DNA of 64,000 nucleotides from Selaginella moellendorffii (taxonomy: Eukaryota; Plantae; Lycopodiophyta): NCBI RefSeq assembly GCF_000143415.4, contig NW_003314267.1, positions 765,394-829,393 on the forward strand. The letters are read 5' to 3'. This document shows positions 1 through 10,740 of this stretch, in pieces. The notes under the pieces were generated by a model, which saw nothing but the letters and a program-made list of their open reading frames with translations, ran no database searches and was not told the DNA's origin. The first letter of the stretch is position 1; each line of letters begins with the position of its first letter. A program made the translations under genes and the position numbers.

Positions 1-2030
1 TGGATTTTCAAATAGAAAGAGGTTTTAGTATGCAGGATGGTGTTCTTCAAAGAAATGATTCTAGCATATTCAGTTTCCTCAACAAACAAAATCACCAACT
101 CTAATTATATTTCACCTTCAAGTCTAACCAAATAGCTTCATGGATGCAATGAATTTCCTAGTACAAAAACATCACTATCACCTTATAGACTGCCACTTCT
201 TTTAGAACCTCCACCAAAAATCCCACCACTACTGCTGGAGGATATACACTTGGACAACTCCATCATTGAAGGTCATTTACAAATTGGTTTTATGATCGTG
301 AATGCAGAAAGTACACCAGTTTCTAAAGATGCTCCCGAGTGACAAAATGAAGTTGACAGTGATAGCACAGCTCTAGATCCCACACCTCGACATTCAACAT
401 GAGCATAGAAGCCTACACAAGCAATTCTATATTCTCATGCATATGCAGCATGGGTACAACGTTTTCATTAGTAAGCCACGATGAGAGCCAAATACACTAC
501 TCGGTTAGAGAACAATTCTAGGATATTAGTTCTTCCCAAAGAAGTACGTACAGGATTAGCAATTGTGCCATGCAAATAGGTCCACAAACTCAAGTACCAA
601 GAGACAGATGAGATAGAACGGTATAAAGCACATCTAGTAGCTAAAGGATACAAACAATATGTAGAGATTGATTACCATGAGATTTTCTCACATGTAGTCA
701 AGATGTTTTTTATATGCAATTGCTAATCCCTTGAATCTGGGCTTAGAGCAGATGGCTATGAAGAATGCATTTTTAAATGGGGAACTTGAACGACTGGTGT
801 ACATGCATACCACCATGTTTTGAAGTACGAGGAAAAAAACACTATATGTGCGAACTTAAGAGAAAACTTAAGCAATCTCCTAGGATATGGCACAATACAT
901 TGAATAAATTCTTTTTGACGCTTGGTTTTTCCAGCACAGAAGTAGATTAGAACCTCTACCATTATATTCATGATTCCTTTCTAATTCTGGTCTGTGTCTA
1001 TGTTGATCGTATAGTGGCAGGGAAGACAGAAATTTTAGCATGGCTTAAGGCACAATTATCTCAGAAAGTAAGGATGAAACTTGGGTAAGCTTTCATTCTG
1101 CCTTGCCACAAAATACTACGTGTTCATCAACATATATATATTGTAAACTTTGTAAAAAAGTATCAATAGCTTTTTACACAGCACAATGCTCCTACACTTG
1201 CACTACAATGCTACAAATTATCAAAAGTACATGCTTCACATTTTGAGGGTGAAAAGCAGGAGATGGCAATGCTACCATACCAGAATATAGTTGGAGCACT
1301 CATATACTTAGCCACAGCAAGCTGTCGCGACATAGCAGCAGTAGTCTCTCAAGTATGCCAGTTCATGCAAGATCCAGGGAAGCATGATTGGTATGTGGTG
1401 GAGTGTATCTTCAACGATGTGAAGCAAACAGCAACACTCTACATTGAGTACAAGAGCACAACATCTGGGGAAATTGGATCAGAAGGTGTGATACCTCATG
1501 GTATGGTGGATGCAGATCTGGCAGGAGATCTTGATGATTGATGATTTACAACCAGGTACATTTTTAAGTTTTCTTATCGTGGCACAGTCAGAAGCAAAGA
1601 ATGGTCGCATTATCCACATGTGAGGCAGAGTACAATGCTGTGACAGAAGCAGTGAAGGAAGCACTCTGGATTTGGAGGTTAGTCCGGGATATTGTTTTGT
1701 CGAAGGCAACACAGTGTGTCTACAGGCAGTACACCACCGCAAACAAGCATTTCAACATGCTCCATTACTTCATTCAGGAGTGAGTTGAACAAGAGGAGAT
1801 CTTACTAAAGCACATATCAACAACCAATATGGTTGCTGATCTACTCACAAAAACTATTTTTCCTATCCAACAGTTCGCGAGACTTCGATCCAAGCTAGGC
1901 TACATCAGCCAAGGGGGAGTAAGAAGCATGCGATCAGACCTTCAACCAGAATCTGATCGAAGGGGAGTGTTGGAGTAGGACCGTGATCGAAGGCAAGACT
2001 GAAGGTGCTTGAGCTTGTATAAAACCAACA
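1..2030 (+). mobile_element. Degenerate Ty1/copia retrotransposon 3' part (RT/RNase H relics, PPT, very short LTR-like end)
   Basis: Frame-broken copia motifs: RYKAHLVAKGY, PYQNIVGALIYL, DADLAGDLDD, VALSTCEAEY. Polypurine tract AGGGGAG at 1961-1967 is followed by TGTTGG...CCAACA (1968-2030). Confidence 0.85.
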
Positions 2031-2099
2031 GAGGTTTTAGGCTTAATTAAACATTTTGATCGGGCTAGAAGGATTTACTCACACTTCCCAGAAGCATCA

Positions 2100-2345
2100 A
2101 CTTCTTTGGCAGAAACTTATGCCCATCTTGGACATATCTACTTGGCGACAGGGAAAAGCAAGACCGCAGTATTGATTCTTTCGCATGGTGTGCAACTTAT
2201 AAAAGATAAATTTGGCATGGATCATCGGAGACATGCTAAACACAATGGGGATTGCCAAAAGGAACCTGGACCTTTCTTCCGAGCAATTTGAGTGAGCAGA
2301 GGCAGAGCATTTGGGTGCTGGACATCCAAGCACAGCAAAGGCAAT
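2100..2345 (+). pseudogene. TPR (kinesin-light-chain-like) repeat fragment
   Basis: LAETYAHLGHIYLATGK...KFGMDH, then after a frame change EHLGAGHPSTA, resembles TPR_12-type repeats. No intact ORF. Confidence 0.4.
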
Positions 2346-2647
2346 ACTACTTGCTCAACTGGTAAAACTTTGTCTTGGTTTTGTCTTTCTGTAGCTTGAA
2401 ACTCGCTCTTTGCAGGGACGAATGCGAGATGGAGATTCTGGAAGGACAGCCGGACACAGGACCCAACGAAAGTGGTTTTACGGCGTTGTATGATTTTATG
2501 TTTCCCTGGCTATTGTCCTCATGAGATGAAACCACGGATTTCCAAGGAGATTATCAAAAGTTTGTTTCGTAGACTAAATTCACTTAGTAACATTCTTGTC
2601 AAGAACTACTAGTAACTATAGGCAAGGTTCTTGCTGTTCATGGATTC

Positions 2648-2770
2648 TTGGCGGCATCGTTTCCTCGCTTTGATCGCAATGCCCAACACCAGATTAATCT
2701 GACGGCTAGTCTTGAGCCTCTGGTGTGTTTTCTACCCAGCACACCCAAGCAAATCAATCAAGCAACTGCC
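2648..2770 (-). pseudogene. Decayed duplicate of the 3' (E-domain) end of the adjacent PPR gene
   Basis: Aligns by eye with ~3030-3175 (shared GCATCGTTT, ATCGCAATGCCC, AGTCTTGAGCCTC, CCCAAGCAAATCAATCAAGCAACT) with indels. Confidence 0.7.
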
Positions 2771-2933
2771 CTATTCCTCGTTGACTGCATTGCTGGGAGA
2801 AGGGGATAACGTAGCTTCTCTAGGCAATGATCGATTTGTTTCCTATTTGGGTCTTATGATATTTGGATTACAATTTATTCCTCATGTCCAGAACTCATGG
2901 GAAAGATGCTTGAGAGAAGCACACAAGACTTTG

Positions 2934-5192
2934 TCAAGAACTACTAATAACACTATAGGAGAGTTTCTTGCTGTTCGAGAGAAGCACATATGGCGCAGAG
3001 GTCTCGGGCTCCAGTTTCACCACATGCTTGGCAGCATCGTTTGCTCCCTTAGCATCGCAATGCCCCAACACCGACGTCCAGTCTTGAGCCTCCGGAACAT
3101 ATGGCATGTTTTGTATAAGATCACGGGCATCCCCCAAATGCCCGGCACGCCCAAGCAAATCAATCAAGCAACTATACTGCTGCTTGGAGGCCTTCCGTCC
3201 TTGATCGATCTCCAAAAAGTTGAAGTACTTGCATCCTTCCTGGAGGCTCCCAACGTGACTCCGGCCTAGCAACAGGCAAGTGAAGGATACCTCATCGGGC
3301 TTCACTCCCTCGAGCTGCATTGCCTGGAACAGGTCCAAGGACGTTCCACGCTGTGCCTGCATTGTCAGCATGGTGTTCCACGTAATCACGTCACGGCGTG
3401 GCATCTCACGAAACGTTTTCCAGGCTAGCTGCGGATGCCCGTATTGGGCATATGCCACCAGCATGGCGTTCCATGCCGATGTGTTAACTCTTGGCATGCT
3501 CAAGAACAACTGCAATGCTTCCTCTAGCTGGCCAGATTGGGCATAAGCTCCTAACATTGCTGTCGTTGCGATTTCGTCTTTATTTGGGGTGTCGTGATAC
3601 AGACTTCTTGCTATTTCAAAATGACCTTTAGCGGCATAAGCTGCAAACAAAACTGTCCAGGAGATTGTGTCTCGGTTAGGCATAAGATTAAACACAAAGT
3701 TTGTAGTTTCTAAATCAGAGATCTGAGCGTAAGAGTACAAAAGTACGTTCCAGGCGATTTGATCGTGCTCTGGCATTGAATCAAACACAGCTTTAGCTCG
3801 AAAGAGATCCCCGACGATAGCAAATCCCGTTAGCATTTCGGTGCCAGATACCACGTCTTTGGATGGCATTGAGCTGAACAGATGCATAGCCTCGTCGAGG
3901 TTCCTTCCAGTGGAAGAATAGACAGCCAACATAGAATTTAGCGAGAAGAGATTCACATCCTGCATTTTCTTGAAGAAAGCCTCGGCCTTTTCGAGATCGC
4001 CACTCTTTGCAAAGCCGCTGAGCATCAGATTCCAGGAAACCATGTCCAGCACGGGCATTTGCTCGAAGAATCCCACCGCTTGATCCAAATTCCCAGACTT
4101 TGCGAGCGCCGACAAGAGAGTGTTGTACGAAACAAGGTCTCTCTCCGCCATGGCATCAAACAAGCTCCTCGCCTTGTGGATGTAGTTATTCCTGGCATAT
4201 GCCGACAGCAGAGTATTCCAAGACACAAGGTCTTGCTTTGGAATCCCATCGAAGATCCTCTTGGCATCTTCCACGAACCCATTGTCCGTGCACGCGGCAA
4301 GGATGGCGTTCCACGATAGCGTGTCCCATTCGGGCATATTCCCGAACACGAGTCTTGCCTGGTTTAGATTCCCAGAGTTCCCGTACGCCGCCAGGATGCC
4401 GTCCCACGAGAGAAGGTCCACGTACGACATCGTGTCGTACAGGGTTTTTGCTTTGGCAGCATCGCCGTGCCGGCCGTACACCGACAGCATTGTGTTACAG
4501 GTGACAAGATCTTTGTCGGGGATCTTGTCAAAGAGGACGGTCGCCTCGTGTACGTGCCCCCTCTGGGCATATGCTGTTAGCATCGAGTTCCATGATACGA
4601 GGCTCCAGTAGGGCATCGAATGGAACAAATCTCTAGCTTTTTCAAGATGTCCGTTTTGCGCATACGCAGCTAACAGGGCATTCCATGACACGAGATCCTT
4701 TTGGGGCATTTGATCAAACACAAGCTTTGTTGTGTGAATATCCCCAGATTGGGCATATGCCGTGAATAAGGCTGTCCACGAGATGATATCCCGTTGCGGC
4801 ATTTTGTCAAATAAGACTTTTGCTTCTTGGGCCAAGCCGTCTCTGGAATATGCCGAGAGCATTGCGTTCCATGAGACGTAGTCTTTAGTCGGCATCTGCT
4901 CGAAGATTCGCCTGGCCTGTGTGATATGCCCGCGTTGGGCATACGCTCCAAGCATGAGATTCCAGGAGAAGCTGTCCTTGGTGGGCATGGTGTTAAAGAT
5001 GTGACTTGCGCTGTCGAGGCAGCCGAGCCTTCCAAACATCTGGACGAGCATGTTTGAGACGAGGAGCCATTCCTTGGGGGAGAGCCTGCGCTGGTAATCG
5101 CGGGAGACAATGTGGGCGTGAGCATTGTGAGCATCTGGCAATGTCTTGGAGGACTTGATTCTATGTATACAATCCGAAAGCTCCAATGGCAT
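2934..5192 (-). CDS. PLS-class PPR protein, mostly 31-aa SS-type repeats, truncated E domain, no DYW
   Basis: Intronless ORF with a long array of 31-aa repeats (D-x-VSWNAML-x-AYAQ-x-G). Ends with YSCLIDLLGRAG...APYVLLSN. First ATG at 5192. Confidence 0.93.
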   Translation of the reverse strand: MPLELSDCIHRIKSSKTLPDAHNAHAHIVSRDYQRRLSPKEWLLVSNMLVQMFGRLGCLDSASHIFNTMPTKDSFSWNLMLGAYAQRGHITQARRIFEQMPTKDYVSWNAMLSAYSRDGLAQEAKVLFDKMPQRDIISWTALFTAYAQSGDIHTTKLVFDQMPQKDLVSWNALLAAYAQNGHLEKARDLFHSMPYWSLVSWNSMLTAYAQRGHVHEATVLFDKIPDKDLVTCNTMLSVYGRHGDAAKAKTLYDTMSYVDLLSWDGILAAYGNSGNLNQARLVFGNMPEWDTLSWNAILAACTDNGFVEDAKRIFDGIPKQDLVSWNTLLSAYARNNYIHKARSLFDAMAERDLVSYNTLLSALAKSGNLDQAVGFFEQMPVLDMVSWNLMLSGFAKSGDLEKAEAFFKKMQDVNLFSLNSMLAVYSSTGRNLDEAMHLFSSMPSKDVVSGTEMLTGFAIVGDLFRAKAVFDSMPEHDQIAWNVLLYSYAQISDLETTNFVFNLMPNRDTISWTVLFAAYAAKGHFEIARSLYHDTPNKDEIATTAMLGAYAQSGQLEEALQLFLSMPRVNTSAWNAMLVAYAQYGHPQLAWKTFREMPRRDVITWNTMLTMQAQRGTSLDLFQAMQLEGVKPDEVSFTCLLLGRSHVGSLQEGCKYFNFLEIDQGRKASKQQYSCLIDLLGRAGHLGDARDLIQNMPYVPEAQDWTSVLGHCDAKGANDAAKHVVKLEPETSAPYVLLSNSKKLSYSVISSS

Positions 5193-5352
5193 TTGTGTGC
5201 ATTTGAAACTCCCGAGCCCTGACCACTTTTGAGCTCTCGAGCTGAAAAAGTCAATCCATGTCAACTCCGTCAATGCAATGTGTCAATCCGATGTCAATGA
5301 GAGTCAATAAAAGTCTTTAAAGACTGTGTTGGACTTTCGACATCGCTCTCTC

Positions 5353-6969
5353 ATGAGCGGGACTAGTCACTTTCTGACGCTTTCTTCACCCCATTCGATT
5401 TCTTCCGCCAGACTAGACCAAGATCACCATCCGTTGTGTGACCGCGATTGCGATCCTCCTCCACAAGACGAGTTCTCGCGTGAGGATCTCCAGGAACTTC
5501 TAAGTAGAAAGGATCCAGCCATCTACACTCACCTCCTCCAACAATGTGGGAGCGCGAAGGCTCTCAGCGCAGGGAGATTGATCCACTCCCACATCGCCAG
5601 CAGCGGCAAGCTCGCCCTCACGCGCCTCGCAAACCACGTCATGATCATGTATAGACAATGCGGGCAACTGGAAGAAACTCTCGCCATCTTCAACGATCTG
5701 AAAACAAAGAACGTTTACTCATGGAACATCATGCTGGGCGCCTTCGCGGACAAGCTCCAGATTCATCACGCAAAGCAAATCTTCGACCAAATGCCCGAGC
5801 GGAGCATCGTGTCATGGAACTCTATGCTCGCGGCATATACCCAGGCGGGGCATCTGTCCGCGGCGCGCGGTATCTTCCTTGCCATGCCGCGGCACGACGT
5901 GGTGACGTGGAATGCGCTGGCCTCGGGCTACCGCGACGCCGGCGAGCCGCACGGCGCTGTCGAGGTCTACTTGACCATGCTGCTCGACGGGGCGTGCCGC
6001 CCGGACCGCGTGAGCTTCATTGGTGCGCTGGACGCGTGCGGGAGAGCGGGGAATATCCTCTGCGGCGAGAGCATCCACGCCAACGCCGTGGAGGCGGGCT
6101 TCGCATTGGCGGTCAGCGTGTGTACCGCGGCGGTGGACATGTACGGCAAATGCCGCCGCGCGGATCGTGCCAGAGCGGTGTTTGACGCGGCTCCGTACAA
6201 GAGCGCCATCTTGTGGACGGCAATGCTGGCGGCACACGCCGCCGCCGGTGACGTGGATGCCGCGCGGTATCTCTTCGATGCCATGCCGTACGAGAGGAGC
6301 GTGGTGCCATGGACCGCCATGGTGGCCGGCTACTCGCAAAACGGCCATGGCCTCGACGCACTGCGACTCTTCCGCACGATGGACCTGGAGGGCGTGGCGC
6401 CCAACCGGGTAACTTTCATCACTGTGCTAGATGCTTGTTCGTTGGTACCGGCATTTACCCCGGGTAGAATCGTCCATGGTGAAATCCTCAACCGGGGCAT
6501 CTCACTTGACGTGGTGCTGGGGACGTCGCTAGTGGGGATGTATGCCCAGTGTGGGCATCTGGAGTACGCGAGGGATCTCTTCGATTCGCTTCCCGCCAGG
6601 AGCTTGATCTCGTGGAACTGTATGATCTCGGGCTATGCGCGGGGCGGCCACGCCGATCAATGCCTCGATCTCCTCCAATCGATGCAAATCGAGAGCGCTG
6701 CGTCGCCCTGCCGATCGACCATCATCAGCATTCTGTTCGCTTGCAGCCACGGCGGGGCGCTGGATCGAGGGCTGGAGCTGTGGCGATCGATGGAGATGGA
6801 CCTGGCGATCGATCGAGAGTTTGATCACTACGTGAGCCTGCTAGATCTGCTGTGCCGGTCGGGGAAGATGGAGATTGCCCGAGACGTGGTGGAAGGGATG
6901 CCCTACAAGCCCGACTCCATCGCATGGACCACATTCCTCGGCTCTTCTAGCATCAACGGTGGCGATTGA
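5353..6969 (+). CDS. PLS-class PPR protein, ends early in the E domain, no DYW
   Basis: Intronless ORF with P/L/S motifs (VVPWTAMVAGYSQNG, TFITVLDACS, LFACSHGG, MPYKPDSIAW). First ATG at 5353; N-terminus resembles a transit peptide. Confidence 0.92.
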   Translation: MSGTSHFLTLSSPHSISSARLDQDHHPLCDRDCDPPPQDEFSREDLQELLSRKDPAIYTHLLQQCGSAKALSAGRLIHSHIASSGKLALTRLANHVMIMYRQCGQLEETLAIFNDLKTKNVYSWNIMLGAFADKLQIHHAKQIFDQMPERSIVSWNSMLAAYTQAGHLSAARGIFLAMPRHDVVTWNALASGYRDAGEPHGAVEVYLTMLLDGACRPDRVSFIGALDACGRAGNILCGESIHANAVEAGFALAVSVCTAAVDMYGKCRRADRARAVFDAAPYKSAILWTAMLAAHAAAGDVDAARYLFDAMPYERSVVPWTAMVAGYSQNGHGLDALRLFRTMDLEGVAPNRVTFITVLDACSLVPAFTPGRIVHGEILNRGISLDVVLGTSLVGMYAQCGHLEYARDLFDSLPARSLISWNCMISGYARGGHADQCLDLLQSMQIESAASPCRSTIISILFACSHGGALDRGLELWRSMEMDLAIDREFDHYVSLLDLLCRSGKMEIARDVVEGMPYKPDSIAWTTFLGSSSINGGD

Positions 6970-7256
6970 CGGAATTTGGCGGCTAGGAAGTTGGCGGCCA
7001 GTCCTCCACGTGGCACTATCTTGTGCGTTGGTGATGTTTTGGGATTCCCGTGGTAGAATGGCGAGCGAGTTAAACGAGCAATGGCCGCAGGGTTTAATCA
7101 ATTTGTCCGTCCGTGGAGTAGCAGCTTGATGCTACTGCTGATTTTGGTTTGATTTGTGAAGAAACAGGCGCTGCGATCGCTCGATCTGTAAGTTCATCGA
7201 TCTTTTCACCGTTTGGTCACGGAATCTTTCTCCGTGTAGAAAGAGGCCGCGATTAA

Positions 7257-8650
7257 ATGGTCGAGATGCAGTCGCTTAAGGGCAATGCGATGAAGCCCAA
7301 GGGAAGGACGAAGTTTTTCTCGGTTTTGCTGGGCATCTTGTTTGTGGCGATGGGACTTGGTAAGAATCATACAGGCTTTCTCTCTGCAAAAACAAAATCT
7401 TTTGCTGTTGCAGCCGCGTTTTCCCAGCTCCTCTTTCTCGGGAGAATTGATGATCCTGGCAGTACGTACTCTTTCTTCCGTGGTTCTCTCCGTGTGATCA
7501 GTTTTCTTTACTTGTGCTTAGGTGATTCGCGCTGGAAGGATGACAAAGAAGCTAGATTGCTTCGCATAGGTCTCGTGAGTTTCTTTATCCAAGATCAGAG
7601 TTCTATGGTTTCTAACTTTGTTTCCTCCATAGGTGAAACCCGAAGTCCTAAACTGGTCTCCCAGAATCACTTTGCTACACAAGTTTTTGAGCGCGGAGGA
7701 ATGCGATTACTTGATAGCCATTGCCGGGCCGAGGTTGGCGAAGTCCACAGTCGTAGACACAAGCACAGGCAAGGCAAGGCATGTCTAAACTCGAAAAGTA
7801 AAACACTCCTCTTTTGCATGAAAACTTATACTAGTTTTATGGAGCAGGGAATCGAGAGCAAGGTCCGGACGAGTACAGGAATGTTTCTAAGCAACTATGA
7901 CAGACGTTATCCCATGATTGAGGTCTGCTCTTTGAGATCACAAGGACGTTGTCATGGTTTTTGATCTTCTTCTCGTTCTGGTTCTTTGTGTTTCCAGGCA
8001 ATAGAGCGTCGTATTGCTGTTTACTCCATGATCCCTGTGGAGAATGGTGAACTCCTCCAAGTTTTGCGGTAATTTCTATCTTTCGAGTGTTTGAAAGTCA
8101 TTTTTCTTTCTGAGTCGATTTTTGTCCTCGTAGCTATGAGCCGAATCAATACTACAAGCCTCATCACGACTATTTCTCAGACCAGGTTGCTTTTAGCGTA
8201 GATTTTATTTTATTTCTCATACTTCTTCGTGCCAGTTTAATCTAAAACGAGGAGGCCAGCGCGTGGCAACGGTTCTTATGTATCTCAGCGACGTCGAGGA
8301 GGGAGGAGAGACCATATTTCCATCGGTACAGTGTCTACTTCTCAAAATGCTCTACAAGTATTCATTCCTATCAATCTTTTTGTTTCCAAAGGTTGGGGAT
8401 GGCGAGTGCGAATGCGGCGGCGAGCTTAGAAAAGGATTGTGCGTGAAGCCAAGGAAAGGCGATGCCATCCTATTCTGGAGCGCTGTAAGTAGTGTTGCTT
8501 GTCAAAGGATTTTCTTGAAAGGCTTTTGATTGGTTTTTCCAGGCTCTTGATGGAAATGTCGATAGCAACAGTCTCCATGGAGGCTGTAGTGTTTTGCGAG
8601 GAGAGAAATGGTCCGCCACAAAGTGGCTGAGACAATCAAGATTCAGCTAA
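7257..8650 (+). CDS. P4H: Prolyl 4-hydroxylase (multi-exon)
   Basis: Exons encode VRTSTGMFL, IERRIAVYSMIPVENGELLQVL, YKPHHDYF, RGGQRVATVLMYLSDVEEGGETIFP, CVKPRKGDAILFW and SLHGGC...GEKWSATKW, which carry the HxD...H 2OG-Fe triad. Confidence 0.93.
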
Positions 8651-8699
8651 AAGCTCTAGCACAAGTTTTGTTGTGACATACCATGAAACACTGTAAATA

Positions 8700-10695
8700 C
8701 ATATTCATACATACATAAAAATTTTAATTACTCTTGATATTAAAAGTTTAGCGGACGAGCATGGCAGTGGCATTAGGATGAACAGCTAAACCCTAAAAAA
8801 CATGTATGTACGTATGAAATATCACAATCCAAGCCAATGCAATATATAATAGGCACTCCAAAAAACATGTATGTATGTATGAAAGGTATGGAAGACTAGA
8901 GGAAGATTATGTTATGGCCATTATTATTATTATCCAAGTCAGATAACTACTAAAGATGCCTAATAAAGAGTGACTAAGTATTCATTGAGTTTATGAAAAT
9001 TCTTCCTCATCCTGTTAAGCATATTTGTAAGACATTTATTCCAATTAAGTTTAGGCTTTTATTTATGACAATTATAATTCATATACAAAATCTATGAGGA
9101 AATTTTATAATTAATGCTATATAAAGTGGAGTGTAACATTTTCATACTTACTTAAGGAAAATTTTTACAATGCTAAATTCAAAATAATTTACTAAAGTTT
9201 TAATAACTATATATAGCATTAATTTATAAAATTTCTTTAGAATAATTAAAGATATCTTTTTAAACCTAAATTTGTAAATAAAAATTTTTTAAACTATTTA
9301 TAAAAACCTTCTATGAAGTTTTTATTTTCAAAATAAATTTATTTATTATTAAAGACCTTCTTTTTATTTTTAAAATTTAAGGTGTCACATATATTAACTA
9401 TAAATAAATAAATAATTTTTTAAAGGTAATAGTTGCATGATAAAACCATAATAAAGCTTCAAATAGAAATAGACTTCTCACCTCGTGATGAAGAAAAATC
9501 ACCTTTGAAGTGTGTAATTGAATTTCCACTCAGTTGTAGATAATATGGTAATGCTTAATTGGGTGATAATTGAACTTTAAATAATATAGGTAAACCCTAA
9601 CTTAATAAACACAAAAATTTTCTAAGTGTTAGACTTTTATATCAAAATATTTTAAAAAAACAAAATTGATATTTCTATTTATATAGAGAATTATCTTAAG
9701 TTGCTAAAATATTTGCAATAACAATCACATAATTACTATATGCATTTAATAGTAAAGTGATATTTCTTAGTTTATTTGTAAAATATTATTTTACAATATA
9801 AAATGAAAGATTTTAACCACTAAGTGTGTGACTAATACAATTAAAGTTTTTATTATTTAGGCAAAAGTATTCTTATTATTAAAAAAACTAGTTTAAATTA
9901 TTATACTAACAACAATTCTTTATTTCTTGGACTTTAAAATTCCTTTTATATTTATATTTTGCCAAATCTCATATCATTTATTTATAAATATTTATGAAAC
10001 CATTTATTTAATTATGTAAGATCGAGATTATAAAGTTAATAGAAAAGCTAGAATTAGTCGATGATCCTCATGTAAAATAATGGAATGACTTTATAAGGGG
10101 AGAATAAATAGAAAATAAAATATTTTTATAAAACATATTAAAAACACTTTTATATTTTAATAATGAACTTATTATTTGAGAACAGTATAATATCACACAT
10201 GCTAGATGAAGAAGTAAAGTGAACTTTTGAGAATGTTCCCAAGTTTAGCTATAATGCTTATGCATATGCTAATTTTATAATATAAATTGTTAAATTAATC
10301 ATAAATATTTGGAAAATATATAATAAGCAAAGAAATTTGGTAACATTTAAAATTCATGATAGTTTTTAAGAAATGATGACAGACTAAAACTCTTAAATAG
10401 TTTTTTTTTCATTGTCAACAAAATTGATAAATGATGACTTTGTAAATGGTATCAAGAAAGGAGATATTTTATAATCTTGAAACAATATCCATTACAATTA
10501 AAACTTGTTACATTTTTTGTCCATAATCTCATATGCTATATCCAATACCTTTACTTGACTAACTTAGATGATGGATGTTTTCACCTCAGCTTCAAATTGC
10601 TTGAACAAGTCATGAACATGAGAAGGAAAAGAAAAATTCACTTCACTATATATCACTATATCGTACGTACTATGGAAGTACGATCAAGGAGTAGT
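8700..10695. repeat. Very AT-rich decayed transposon-like tract
   Basis: Abrupt shift to very low GC with no coherent ORFs. Local direct repeats (AAAAAACATGTATGTA at ~8795 and ~8860), an inverted pair (~9100-9127 vs ~9206-9236) and a small terminal hairpin at ~10660-10684. Confidence 0.5.
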
Positions 10696-10740
10696 ACAAG
10701 GTGAGCATATATTCCCCTTCTCTTCTAGGGATTTGTTATG

